Source: Verrucomicrobiota bacterium
GTDB taxonomy: Bacteria > Verrucomicrobiota > Kiritimatiellia > CAIQIC01
Reading direction: 5' to 3'
NCBI GenBank assembly: GCA_004321905.1
Contig: SCQF01000012.1
Span: 5,411 to 69,410, forward strand
Length of the DNA stretch: 64,000 nt
The position numbers and the translations under genes are program-made. The notes below the pieces were generated by a model. That model was not told the DNA's origin, searched no databases, and worked only from the letters and a program-made list of their open reading frames with translations. Shown piece after piece: positions 17,902 through 26,087 of the stretch (position 1 is the stretch's first letter; each line of letters opens with the position of its first letter).

Positions 17902-19260
17902 TCACATGATTTCCGTCAGCCGGCCGGCCGAGGCCAGGTTTTCCCCTGTGGCGGGCATCACGCGGACATCCCAACCTTGCGGATGCGGCAGTTTCGCCTC
18001 GGTGTCGATGCCGAGCAGTTCGTACATGCTGCCGATGAGATCGGGCGGATAAATCTGGCGGCCCGTCACTTCTTCGCCGGTTGCGTTGGTGGAGCCCACC
18101 ACCCGTCCGCCCTTGAAGCCGCCGCCGGCGACCACGTGACAGAATGCTTTGCCAAAGTGGTTGCGGCCGCCGTTCCACGGCGGTTCCCACTGCACCCGCG
18201 GTGTCCGGCCGAATTCGCCGCCCCACCACACAATGGTGCTGCCGAGCAAGCCGCTATCCGACAAATCCTGCAACAGCGTTGCCATCGCTTTATCCATGAT
18301 CGGCAAGTTGCGACGCATGGCCTGGAAATTCTCCTTATGCGTGTCCCAGCCTTTGTAATTGATCGTGACATAGGGCACGCCGCGTTCGACCAGCCGCCGC
18401 GCCATCAGGCACGCTTGCCCGAACGTGTTGCGGCCATATTTCTCGCGCAACGCGTCCTTCTCCTGCGCAAGATCAAACACCTTGCCGGCATCGCCCAGAA
18501 TGAGGTCATAGGCTTGGTGTTCGCACTGCTCTGCGGCGGCCAAGCTGGGATCGTTCTTGATGACGACGCCCAACGTATTCAGATTGTGGAGGAGTTCGCG
18601 CCGGGCGCGTTGCCGCTTGTCGGAGATGCCGCGGGCCACGACGCCTTCGACGACAAAGGGCGTTTGGCCCGGATCGCCGCCCGTCGCAAACGGTTTGGCG
18701 CGTGAACCGAGGAAGCCCGATTCGGAAAAACGGCCCTGTAATTCGGTCAACACGATGTAGGGCGGGATCAATCCTTTGTAACCGGCTTCATAGCCTTTGA
18801 AGAGCGAAACCACCGCGCCGACACCCGGATAAACCTGTCCCGTGCCGGGCTTGCGTCCCGTTTGCACTTCGTAGGATGCGGTTTCGTGGCCATTCACGCC
18901 GTGGGTCATGCCGCGGAGAATGGAATACTTGTCGGCCTGCTTGGCCAATTCGGGCAGCAGCTCACAAATGCGGATACCGGGTACGTTGGTGGCAATCGGT
19001 TTGCTCAGCGGTCCGCAGAAATCATTGCCCGCTTCGGGTTTGGGATCGAAGGTGTCGAGATGACACGGGCCGCCCCACATCCAGATTTGGATGACGGCCT
19101 TGGCGGTCGCCGGTCGCACGGCGGCGCGCGCGGGGACGATCAAGCGGTCGGCCAGCAGCAAACCCGCCGTGCCAAGAAACGTGCGCCGCACGGCCTCGCG
19201 CCGTGTGATGGGCCCGCCGCGCAGACTGGCCAGTATTCGCTCGTTCTGATTTGAGTTCAT
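17902..19260 (-). CDS. DUF1501 family protein with Tat signal
   Basis: TRREAVR twin-arginine; WMWGGPCHLDTFDPKP, ARRLVERGV, GWDTH, GEFGRTP motifs. Confidence 0.92.
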   Translation of the reverse strand: MNSNQNERILASLRGGPITRREAVRRTFLGTAGLLLADRLIVPARAAVRPATAKAVIQIWMWGGPCHLDTFDPKPEAGNDFCGPLSKPIATNVPGIRICELLPELAKQADKYSILRGMTHGVNGHETASYEVQTGRKPGTGQVYPGVGAVVSLFKGYEAGYKGLIPPYIVLTELQGRFSESGFLGSRAKPFATGGDPGQTPFVVEGVVARGISDKRQRARRELLHNLNTLGVVIKNDPSLAAAEQCEHQAYDLILGDAGKVFDLAQEKDALREKYGRNTFGQACLMARRLVERGVPYVTINYKGWDTHKENFQAMRRNLPIMDKAMATLLQDLSDSGLLGSTIVWWGGEFGRTPRVQWEPPWNGGRNHFGKAFCHVVAGGGFKGGRVVGSTNATGEEVTGRQIYPPDLIGSMYELLGIDTEAKLPHPQGWDVRVMPATGENLASAGRLTEIM

Positions 19261-19287
19261 GGTGACACCTGCTTTTCCTTCATTAAC

Positions 19288-20898
19288 TCAATGCCGATAG
19301 AGAAACTCCGTGCTGTTGATCAGCGCCCACGCAAGGTCCAGCGCGGTCTCGCGTCCTTTCATGCCACCAGCCATGGAATAGTCCGTGAAAGCCTGCACTT
19401 CCTGTTCGGTCGGATAGCGCGAAAGAATCATCAAATAGAGTCCACCCATCGCCTCGCGTGAGGTGGTCGTGTTACGCAGCAAATATTGAATCTTCGGGCT
19501 TTGCTCGAGCTTGCGTTGGATATGGCTTGAGTTCAGCAAGTGGAGTCGCTGATCGGCGGTAATGCGATTGTTGCGTTCCGACTCCAAGCCAGTATCGCGC
19601 GAGGGGCGCCCAAATTGTTCGAGGAAGGAACTGGAAATGCTGCCATCGGGCAGCTCAACCGAGCGCTGGTCTTCGGGGATGAACGTGAACGGCTCCGGGA
19701 TGGCGCTGCTATATTGCTCCGTCGTGCCGGTGATCTGGTTCAGCGCATCAATCAGCACCTCGGCCTCCAGCCGGCGCAGCGGATATCGCGCGAAGTTGGC
19801 TTCCGCCGCGGGCTTCGAGTCGTTGGGCACCGCGGAAAGTTGATAGGTGCGCGACGTCAGGATCAACCGGTAGATGTGCCGCAAATCCCAATGAGCGGCG
19901 ACCAATTCCTTTTCCAGATACGTCAGTAATTCGGGGTTACTTGGCGGATTATCTGCGCGGATGTCGTCCGGTTCATGAATGATGCCGCGGCCCAGCAGCC
20001 ACGACCAGATGCGGTTGACGATGTTGCGCGCGAACCACGGATTCTGTGGCGAGATCAGCCAGTCGGCGAAAATTTCGCGCGGATCGCGGTCGCCGGAGAA
20101 TTCCGCTGATTTGCCGTCGGGGAACACGGCGGCCTGCGTCACAACGCCTTGCGCATTGGTCTTGAGCGGATCATAAAAGACAATTTCCTCCTTCCACTCT
20201 TGCGTGGATTTGTAGTTGAGTTGCGCGAAAAATCCCGCCAGCCCGGCCAGTTTTTCCGCCGGCCATTTTTCGGCCCGCTCACCCATGAAGGTCAACGCCA
20301 CGGTTTTGGCCAAACCCGGTGGATCCTTGCTCGGCACCGCACGATAAAAATTGACCGGCCCCACGCGGAAATTACTGCCGTTGGCCGTGAGCAGCTCGCG
20401 CGCAAACCGATCGTACGGCCAGTGGTCGCGGATGGCCGCATGAATCCAGTGGTGATAGGCCTGCACGGCGTTTGGCCAAAGATTGATGGGGAACTCCGCC
20501 TTGACCCGTAACAGATCGCACCACTTCATCGTCCAATAATCTGTGAACTCGCTACGCTTCAGCAGGGCGTCAATCAGCGCCTCGCGCTTTTGGGGGTTCT
20601 GGTCTTGAATGAAGGCCTTCGCCTCCTTACCGGTAGGCAGCGTGCCGATCACATCCAGGAAAGCGCGTCGAATAAACACCGCATCCGAACAAACCTTGGC
20701 GGGTTGAATGTCCAACTTTTTCCATTGGGCGAAAACGAGGTGGTCAAGCTCGTTGAGCGGCGTCGGTGCCCGTTGGCTCTCGTACGGATTTGACGGTATG
20801 GCTGGTCGCGCGGGCGGCACCGGTGCCGCCGTTGCGGCGATCCCTGTGAGCACCCCCAGCATCCACACCACCTTCATGCTGCGCCGTGACGATTGCAT
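19288..20898 (-). CDS. DUF1549/DUF1553 domain protein
   Basis: FIRRAFLDVIGTLPT, NPWFARNIVNRIW..LLGRGI, PSNPELL, RRLEAE, WALINSTEF motifs. Start approximate. Confidence 0.9.
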   Translation of the reverse strand: MQSSRRSMKVVWMLGVLTGIAATAAPVPPARPAIPSNPYESQRAPTPLNELDHLVFAQWKKLDIQPAKVCSDAVFIRRAFLDVIGTLPTGKEAKAFIQDQNPQKREALIDALLKRSEFTDYWTMKWCDLLRVKAEFPINLWPNAVQAYHHWIHAAIRDHWPYDRFARELLTANGSNFRVGPVNFYRAVPSKDPPGLAKTVALTFMGERAEKWPAEKLAGLAGFFAQLNYKSTQEWKEEIVFYDPLKTNAQGVVTQAAVFPDGKSAEFSGDRDPREIFADWLISPQNPWFARNIVNRIWSWLLGRGIIHEPDDIRADNPPSNPELLTYLEKELVAAHWDLRHIYRLILTSRTYQLSAVPNDSKPAAEANFARYPLRRLEAEVLIDALNQITGTTEQYSSAIPEPFTFIPEDQRSVELPDGSISSSFLEQFGRPSRDTGLESERNNRITADQRLHLLNSSHIQRKLEQSPKIQYLLRNTTTSREAMGGLYLMILSRYPTEQEVQAFTDYSMAGGMKGRETALDLAWALINSTEFLYRH

Positions 20899-21096
20899 AA
20901 AGCTCCCAATTTTTGGGCCAATAAATTTACCGCCATTCATACAACGTGTCATCCGGCCCAAAATTGTAATCCCGCCCATGGAAAAAGTCAGGCGTAGAGC
21001 CAGCCAAAGATCATCACACGCAGCCCCAACCCCAACAGCAGAAAGAAGATGGCGGTGACGATCATGAGCGTGTTGGCACAGTGGATGTGCGCCGCC

Positions 21097-21593
21097 GGAG
21101 CTGGGGCGCGATCCGCAGATCGAGGTGCCCGGCAGCGCGCCCGAGGCCTGCATCGCACGCGACAAAATTCTCAAGCTGGTCCCCGACGTGGTGCTGCTCG
21201 ACCATCGAAATGCTGCGCATGGATGGCCTCATATTCCTACGCAAGCTGATGCACTATCATCCCGTACCCGTCATTATTGTCTCTTCGCTCACACCACCGG
21301 GCGGCCAGGTCGCACTGGACGTCATCGCTGCCGGTACCGTGGATGTGGTCTGCAAGCCCAGGCCGCAACTGCCATGGGCCAATAGGGCAGAAATGCTGGC
21401 GAACAAAATCAAGGCCGCCGCGCTGGTGAAATTTAGTCGCAACGCCCCTGCGGTCGCCGGTGCGCCCGCCGAAGCGATCCGACTCGGTGCGGCCTGCGAG
21501 GTCGTGCCGCTTCAAAATATTTGCCGAGCGCCTGATCACGCACGCCTGCAACGGCGCAACATGACGCGGGTTTCCAAGGCCTGGAAAACATAA
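21097..21593 (+). pseudogene. cheB: CheB (chemotaxis methylesterase) receiver-domain remnant
   Basis: ELGRDPQIEV..SAP..CIARDKILKLVPDVVLLD, frameshift near 21203, then IEMLRMDGLIFLRKLMHYHPVPVIIVSSLT...VDVVCKP. No methylesterase domain follows. Confidence 0.75.
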
Positions 21594-21620
21594 CCGTCCC
21601 TTTTTCCCAAGGTTGGAAAC
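21570..21620. repeat. Palindrome doublet (degenerate)
   Basis: GTTTCCAAGGCCTGGAAAA / 13 nt / TTTTCCCAAGGTTGGAAAC. Confidence 0.8.
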
Positions 21621-21632
21621 GGCATGCGCTAT

Positions 21633-21661
21633 ATGTCTATATGCACACATCTGCATATGGT
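21633..21661 (+). promoter_or_regulatory. Second copy of the ArsR operator/promoter
   Basis: 21637-21658 CTATATGCACACATCTGCATAT is the exact reverse complement of 1272-1293; framed as ATGTCT-17-TATGGT. Confidence 0.7.
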
Positions 21662-21773
21662 TGGAAGGCATCGTGCCCGCCCGTATCCCCCATGGCCAGA
21701 AATTGCGGTTGCCTGCCGCCGTCGCTCCGTGTAGAGTCCGCGCCCGCAAACGACGCGAGTCAGGAGAATTATC

Positions 21774-21971
21774 ATGGGCGACATGTTACGACGAAATAAG
21801 AATCTACGCCGTCCGCGCAAGAGTGGCACCGACCGCCGCCGCCGCGAACAGACGCACCGCCGCCGCCTTTTGGCGCTGGGCGTGCCAGCCGAGCAGTTGC
21901 GGACGATGGATGCCGTACAACTGCGCGCACTGCTCAAAGAGAAGATCAAAGGACACCAGCAGGCCGCTTGA
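21774..21971 (+). CDS. Small basic hypothetical protein
   Basis: AGGAGA RBS, upstream TTGCCT-17-TAGAGT promoter-like match; Arg-rich 65 aa. Confidence 0.7.
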   Translation: MGDMLRRNKNLRRPRKSGTDRRRREQTHRRRLLALGVPAEQLRTMDAVQLRALLKEKIKGHQQAA

Positions 21972-22086
21972 CGACGCGGGGCGGGGCGTATTTCCGGCCT
22001 TGCAAAAGGCGGCGATTGCGCTAGAGTGAGTCCGTTCGACGCGTTGCCCGCCAAGGTGGCGGCGAAAGTTTGATAACGAGGAAATT

Positions 22087-22440
22087 ATGAAGACGATCAT
22101 TCGCTCGGTATGTGTGGTGCTGGCAGTGGCGGCCTTGAGCGGTTGCGGCGTGCCCAAGGAAGAGCACCAGAAGCTCCAAGAAAAATGTGCCGGGCTTGAG
22201 CAACAACTCGGTCGCGCGCAGCAGGACATCCAGGCGCTCCAGAACGCATTGCAGCAGAAGGAAGCCGAAGCGGCGGGTCGCGTTCAGGAAGCCGATCAAC
22301 GTGTACAAGCGATGATGCTGGTGCTGAAGAAAAAGCAGCAGGAATTGGACGCGAAGGGCGGCAAGGCGACGAGCGCCAAAGTCGGCACGACGACCAAGAA
22401 GCCTGCGGCCAAGAGCACGAAGAAACCGGCTGGCCACTAA
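22087..22440 (+). CDS. Small lipoprotein, coiled coil with Lys-rich tail
   Basis: GAGGA RBS; lipobox LSGC; heptad-like segment; KKPAAKSTKK tail. Confidence 0.8.
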   Translation: MKTIIRSVCVVLAVAALSGCGVPKEEHQKLQEKCAGLEQQLGRAQQDIQALQNALQQKEAEAAGRVQEADQRVQAMMLVLKKKQQELDAKGGKATSAKVGTTTKKPAAKSTKKPAGH

Positions 22441-22462
22441 AATAACAGCTAACAAATAGCGG

Positions 22463-22499
22463 AAGGGCGGGTTTTCCAAGGCTTGGAAAGTCCGCCCTT
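22463..22499. terminator. Hairpin between convergent genes whose core is a palindrome singlet
   Basis: AAGGGCGG-g-TTTTCCAAGGCTTGGAAAG-t-CCGCCCTT. Confidence 0.75.
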
Positions 22500-22511
22500 T
22501 CTGTTTCCGTG

Positions 22512-23171
22512 TTATTCCGTATGTTCCGTGGACAAATCCGCAGGTGTCAATTCGGCAAAGGAACGGATGTAGCGCTCTGCACCAGCCAAGTCCTCCCTCG
22601 TGCGCATGGTCAACACGCCGATCACGCGTATGCCGCCGGCGAGTGCTGCGGCGACGCCGGCGGGCGCGTCCTCGAATACTACGCACTCTGCTGGCGCGCG
22701 ACCAAGCAAGGCCGCGCACTTCAAAAATACTTCCGGGTCCGGTTTGCCGTGCGACACGTCTTCGGCAGTGATCGCACCGGCGAACAAGCCGTGCAATTTC
22801 AAGGCCGCGATGCACGCCTTCACATTGGCGCGTGGCGCAGAAGAGCCAATCGCCGCGGGAATGCCTGCCGCTTGAAGTTGGCGTAGAAAATCAATCACGC
22901 CCGGTATGGCCTCAATGCCGCCGCTTGCGACGCGCTCGCGGAAAATCGTCTCCTTGCGGTGCATCAATCGTCGGATTTCGCCGGCGTCTTGCGTCCAGCG
23001 CAACAGTTCGGTAATGACTTTTTCGTTCTTGAGGCCGAGGCCGCCGAGGCCCGGCACGTTGGGCGGCGGGAAATTTTCTTCCGTCGCGAGTTGCGTCCAA
23101 CTGGCCACGTGCAGCCGCCCGGAATTGACCACGACGCCGTCCCAATCGAAAATGGCACCGATATTTTTCAT
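22512..23171 (-). CDS. HAD-family phosphatase (beta-PGM/CbbY-like)
   Basis: IFDWDGV, GSS, KPDPEVF, VFEDAPAG motifs; start MKNIG at 23171. Confidence 0.9.
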   Translation of the reverse strand: MKNIGAIFDWDGVVVNSGRLHVASWTQLATEENFPPPNVPGLGGLGLKNEKVITELLRWTQDAGEIRRLMHRKETIFRERVASGGIEAIPGVIDFLRQLQAAGIPAAIGSSAPRANVKACIAALKLHGLFAGAITAEDVSHGKPDPEVFLKCAALLGRAPAECVVFEDAPAGVAAALAGGIRVIGVLTMRTREDLAGAERYIRSFAELTPADLSTEHTE

Positions 23172-23174
23172 AAG

Positions 23175-23225
23175 TTTTCCAAGGGTTGGAAAAGCGACGG
23201 CGGCCGTTTTCCAAACCCTGGAAAA
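23175..23225. repeat. Palindrome doublet (19+13+19 bp)
   Basis: TTTTCCAAGGGTTGGAAAA / 13 nt / TTTTCCAAACCCTGGAAAA. Confidence 0.9.
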
Positions 23226-23251
23226 GGCCGCCGTACGCGTCGCACGGGCGG

Positions 23252-24088
23252 TTACTCCACGCCGACTTGGAAGCGGGTGAAGCGCCGGATCGCGAGCTGA
23301 TCGCCCAACTCCTTGCCTTTCGCAACGAGGAGTTCGGTGATCGTCTGTTCCGGGTCTTTCACGAAGCCCTGTTCGACGAGGCAAACCTGGCTGTAGAATT
23401 TCTCCAGCTTACCGACCACGATCTTCTCGACGATGTTGGCGGGCTTGCCGGTGACCTGCTTCGCATAGATCTCTTTTTCCGAGGCGAGCACCGGCTCCGG
23501 CACGTCTTGGCGCACGAGGTAGTGCGGGTTGCACGCGGCAATGTGCAGCGTGATGTCCTTGACCACTTCCTTGAACGCGGGGTTCGCGGCGGTCGCGGCC
23601 TGGCCGCAACCGACTTCGACGAGCACGCCCACTTTGCCGCCGAGGTGGATATAGCTGGCGACGATGCCTTCGCCCGGCACGTCGTAGCGCACGTTGCGGC
23701 GCACGATGATGTTCTCGCCGATCGAGGCAATCTTGGCGACGACCATGTCTTTCGCGGCTTCGGCCAACGAACCGTGAATGCCTTTGGCGGTCTCCAACAG
23801 TTGCTTGACCAGCTCCTTGAAGCTGTCGTTGCGCGTGACGAAGTCGGTCTCGCAGTTGACTTCGATCATCACGCCGGTCTTGCCGCCGCCTACGATCTCC
23901 GCCGCCACGACACCTTCTTTGGCCAAACGCGAGGCCTTCTTGCCGGCGATGGCCAGTCCGCGCTCACGCAGGATTTTGACGGCCTTTTCTTTGTCGCCAC
24001 TCGCCTCAATCAAGGCCTTCTTGCACTCCATCATGCCGACGTTGGTTTCGTCGCGCAGTTCCTTCACTAATGCTGCACTAATCTCCAT
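23252..24088 (-). CDS. tsf: Elongation factor Ts
   Basis: VKELRDETNVGMMECKKAL, EVNCETDFV. Confidence 0.98.
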   Translation of the reverse strand: MEISAALVKELRDETNVGMMECKKALIEASGDKEKAVKILRERGLAIAGKKASRLAKEGVVAAEIVGGGKTGVMIEVNCETDFVTRNDSFKELVKQLLETAKGIHGSLAEAAKDMVVAKIASIGENIIVRRNVRYDVPGEGIVASYIHLGGKVGVLVEVGCGQAATAANPAFKEVVKDITLHIAACNPHYLVRQDVPEPVLASEKEIYAKQVTGKPANIVEKIVVGKLEKFYSQVCLVEQGFVKDPEQTITELLVAKGKELGDQLAIRRFTRFQVGVE

Positions 24089-24120
24089 GACAACTCCTTC
24101 ACATGCTCCGATTTACTTGC

Positions 24121-25095
24121 TCAGCCCTGCGGTGCTGCGGGCTGTTCTTCCACCGCTTTTGCTTCCGCGGGTTTTTCTTCGGCCTTCACTTCGGCTTTGG
24201 CGGCTTTTTTGACGGGCTTCTTCTCGCCAACTTCTTTTTCCTTGGTGGCCTTGACGGCTTCCTTGGCGGCGTCGGCCTTGGCTTTACGCGCGGCCGCCTG
24301 CTTGGCCTTGCGCTCTTCGTCTTCGGCCTTCGCCTTGGCATCGGCCGCGGCACGCTTGCGGTGCTCTTCGGCGGCGATGCGGCTATACTCGGCTTGCGCC
24401 TGCTCGATCACTTGACCGACCACGTCGAGCGATAGTTGGATCGCGCGGATGCTGTCGTCGTTGCCGGGGATGGGATAGTCAATCGGATCCGGATCGCAGT
24501 TCGTGTCCACGACCGCCACCACCGGAATTTTCAGGCGATTGGCTTCGTTGACCGCATTGGATTCGCACCCCACGTCCATGATGAACACAGCGCCGGGCAG
24601 TTTTTCCATGTCGGCGATGCCGGTGAGGTTGTACTTCATTTTTTCCAACTCATGGCGAATCTTGGAAATTTCTTTTTTCGGCAGGTCGTTGATGGAGCCA
24701 TCGGCCTCCATCTTGAGCAGCATACGCATCCGTGCGACGCTCTTGCGGATGGTCTGGTTGTTCGTCAGCGTGCCGCCGAGCCAGCGTGTGGTGACATAGG
24801 GCATCTTGACGCGCTCGGCCAGCGTCTTGATCGGGTCTTGCGCCGGGCGTTTGGTGCCGACCAACAACACTTGCCGGCCACGCGCCACGGTTTCGTAGAT
24901 GAACTGCAGCGCCGTGCGCATGCATTCGAGGGTTTTTTCGAGGTCCACGATATAAATCCCATTGCGCGCGCCGAAAATATAGCGCTTCATCTTGGGATTC
25001 CACCGCTTGGTCTGGTGACCAAAATGCAGCCCCGCGTCGAGCAGATCCTGCACATTCACTGTCAGACGGGCTTGACCCGCCGGGCTACTGGCCAT
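24121..25095 (-). CDS. rpsB: 30S ribosomal protein S2 with A/E/K-rich C-terminal extension
   Basis: [40 protein letters not shown] 7 nt before ATG 25095. Confidence 0.98.
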   Translation of the reverse strand: MASSPAGQARLTVNVQDLLDAGLHFGHQTKRWNPKMKRYIFGARNGIYIVDLEKTLECMRTALQFIYETVARGRQVLLVGTKRPAQDPIKTLAERVKMPYVTTRWLGGTLTNNQTIRKSVARMRMLLKMEADGSINDLPKKEISKIRHELEKMKYNLTGIADMEKLPGAVFIMDVGCESNAVNEANRLKIPVVAVVDTNCDPDPIDYPIPGNDDSIRAIQLSLDVVGQVIEQAQAEYSRIAAEEHRKRAAADAKAKAEDEERKAKQAAARKAKADAAKEAVKATKEKEVGEKKPVKKAAKAEVKAEEKPAEAKAVEEQPAAPQG

Positions 25096-25539
25096 GTTCA
25101 TTCCTCCGTTATTCGAGCTCCGCACCATGCGTGGCTCAATCCGCTTTGGCGATCCCGGGAGGCCGGGCCGCGCTCGCTTCCGCTCTTCATCTGAAGAACT
25201 GGGCGCGGACTATACCAGCGCATCTCCGCCGCGCAAGCTATTTTGCTTTCATAACTTTCTCGTGAACATCCGCCGACAAATCAACGAATTTCTCATCTCT
25301 TCGTAATCTGCGCTGAACATAGACGGCTTAAATTTGTGTCCAAATCTTTACCTGAAAATGAGGTAAAAGAAAAATGGGGTGGCTGATGGACTCAAAGGCC
25401 CCCGACCGATTGTGGTTGCGAGATTATAGAAGGCTTTGACGGCCGGCTGGATCAGGCGGCGGAAGCGTTGGCCGCGATGGGTGGAAAGCCAGCCGACGGT
25501 TGAAACGGAAAGCGAACTCACCGCGCATGAACATTCCAA

Positions 25540-25840
25540 CCATGTATTCTTGAACCTGAAATGTGGTGAGTCTTATCCCCTTCAGCCTTTCGGCAACGGT
25601 TGACGCGCCTGTGCGAAAAAATTGGCATGAAGAAACCCAAGCCGCCTTATGGGTTACGTCATACCTTGGGGACAGATGAAGGCGCGAGCAATATCAATCA
25701 ATCTGTGCTCGCGCAACTCATGGGACATTCAAGGTTGCAGACCACAGACCGCTGCGAATGTTGACGAAGCCCATAAAAAAGCGATGGCGGCTACTGGAAA
25801 ACGAATTTCCGCGTTGTTGCCAAATCTGTTAAGGCCGAAG
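25540..25840 (+). pseudogene. Tyrosine recombinase/integrase C-terminal remnant
   Basis: AFRQRLTRLCEKIG...PYGLRHTLGT...LAQLMGHSRLQTTDR, then a frameshift at the catalytic Tyr position; ANVDEAHKKAM continues in another frame. Confidence 0.8.
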
Positions 25841-25950
25841 TTGTGGAGCCAAAATGAGTCCCAATTTGCCACCGATTTGCCACGGGGAAGTTTTCGTAAG
25901 AACGGGAGGAAATTGGAAGCTCATAAAACCATTGATTCTCTTGTGTTTTC

Positions 25951-26027
25951 TGGTGGGCGATACAGGACTTGAACCTGTGACCTCTTCCATGTCAAGGAAG
26001 CGCTCTAGCCAACTGAGCTAATCGCCC
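25951..26027 (-). tRNA. tRNA-Val(GAC)
   Basis: Reverse complement GGGCGATTAGCTCAGTTGGCTAGAGCGCTTCCTTGACATGGAAGAGGTCACAGGTTCAAGTCCTGTATCGCCCACCA; anticodon GAC. Confidence 0.97.
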
Positions 26028-26087
26028 TTGCGGTTACGACCGTGACGGCGCAAACTCTTGCCACATTGACTTGGAGATGTCAATCGC

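Noticed and set aside
19288..21174. ORF-track N-terminal extensions (also 9158..10030, 22512..23384, 35719..36642, 57798..59210, 60541..63441)
   Set aside because: They are read-through of intergenic DNA, in most cases across the stop-free repeat. Better starts with RBS, signal peptide or family N-terminus lie downstream.
21774..21971. PVC signature small basic protein
   Set aside because: The sequence lacks the motifs I recall for that family (HxSL, RNVLxRxER, GLPK).
25100..25200. rpsB leader (t44/S2 autoregulatory RNA)
   Set aside because: Position fits, but I could not confirm the consensus structure by eye; needs an Rfam search.
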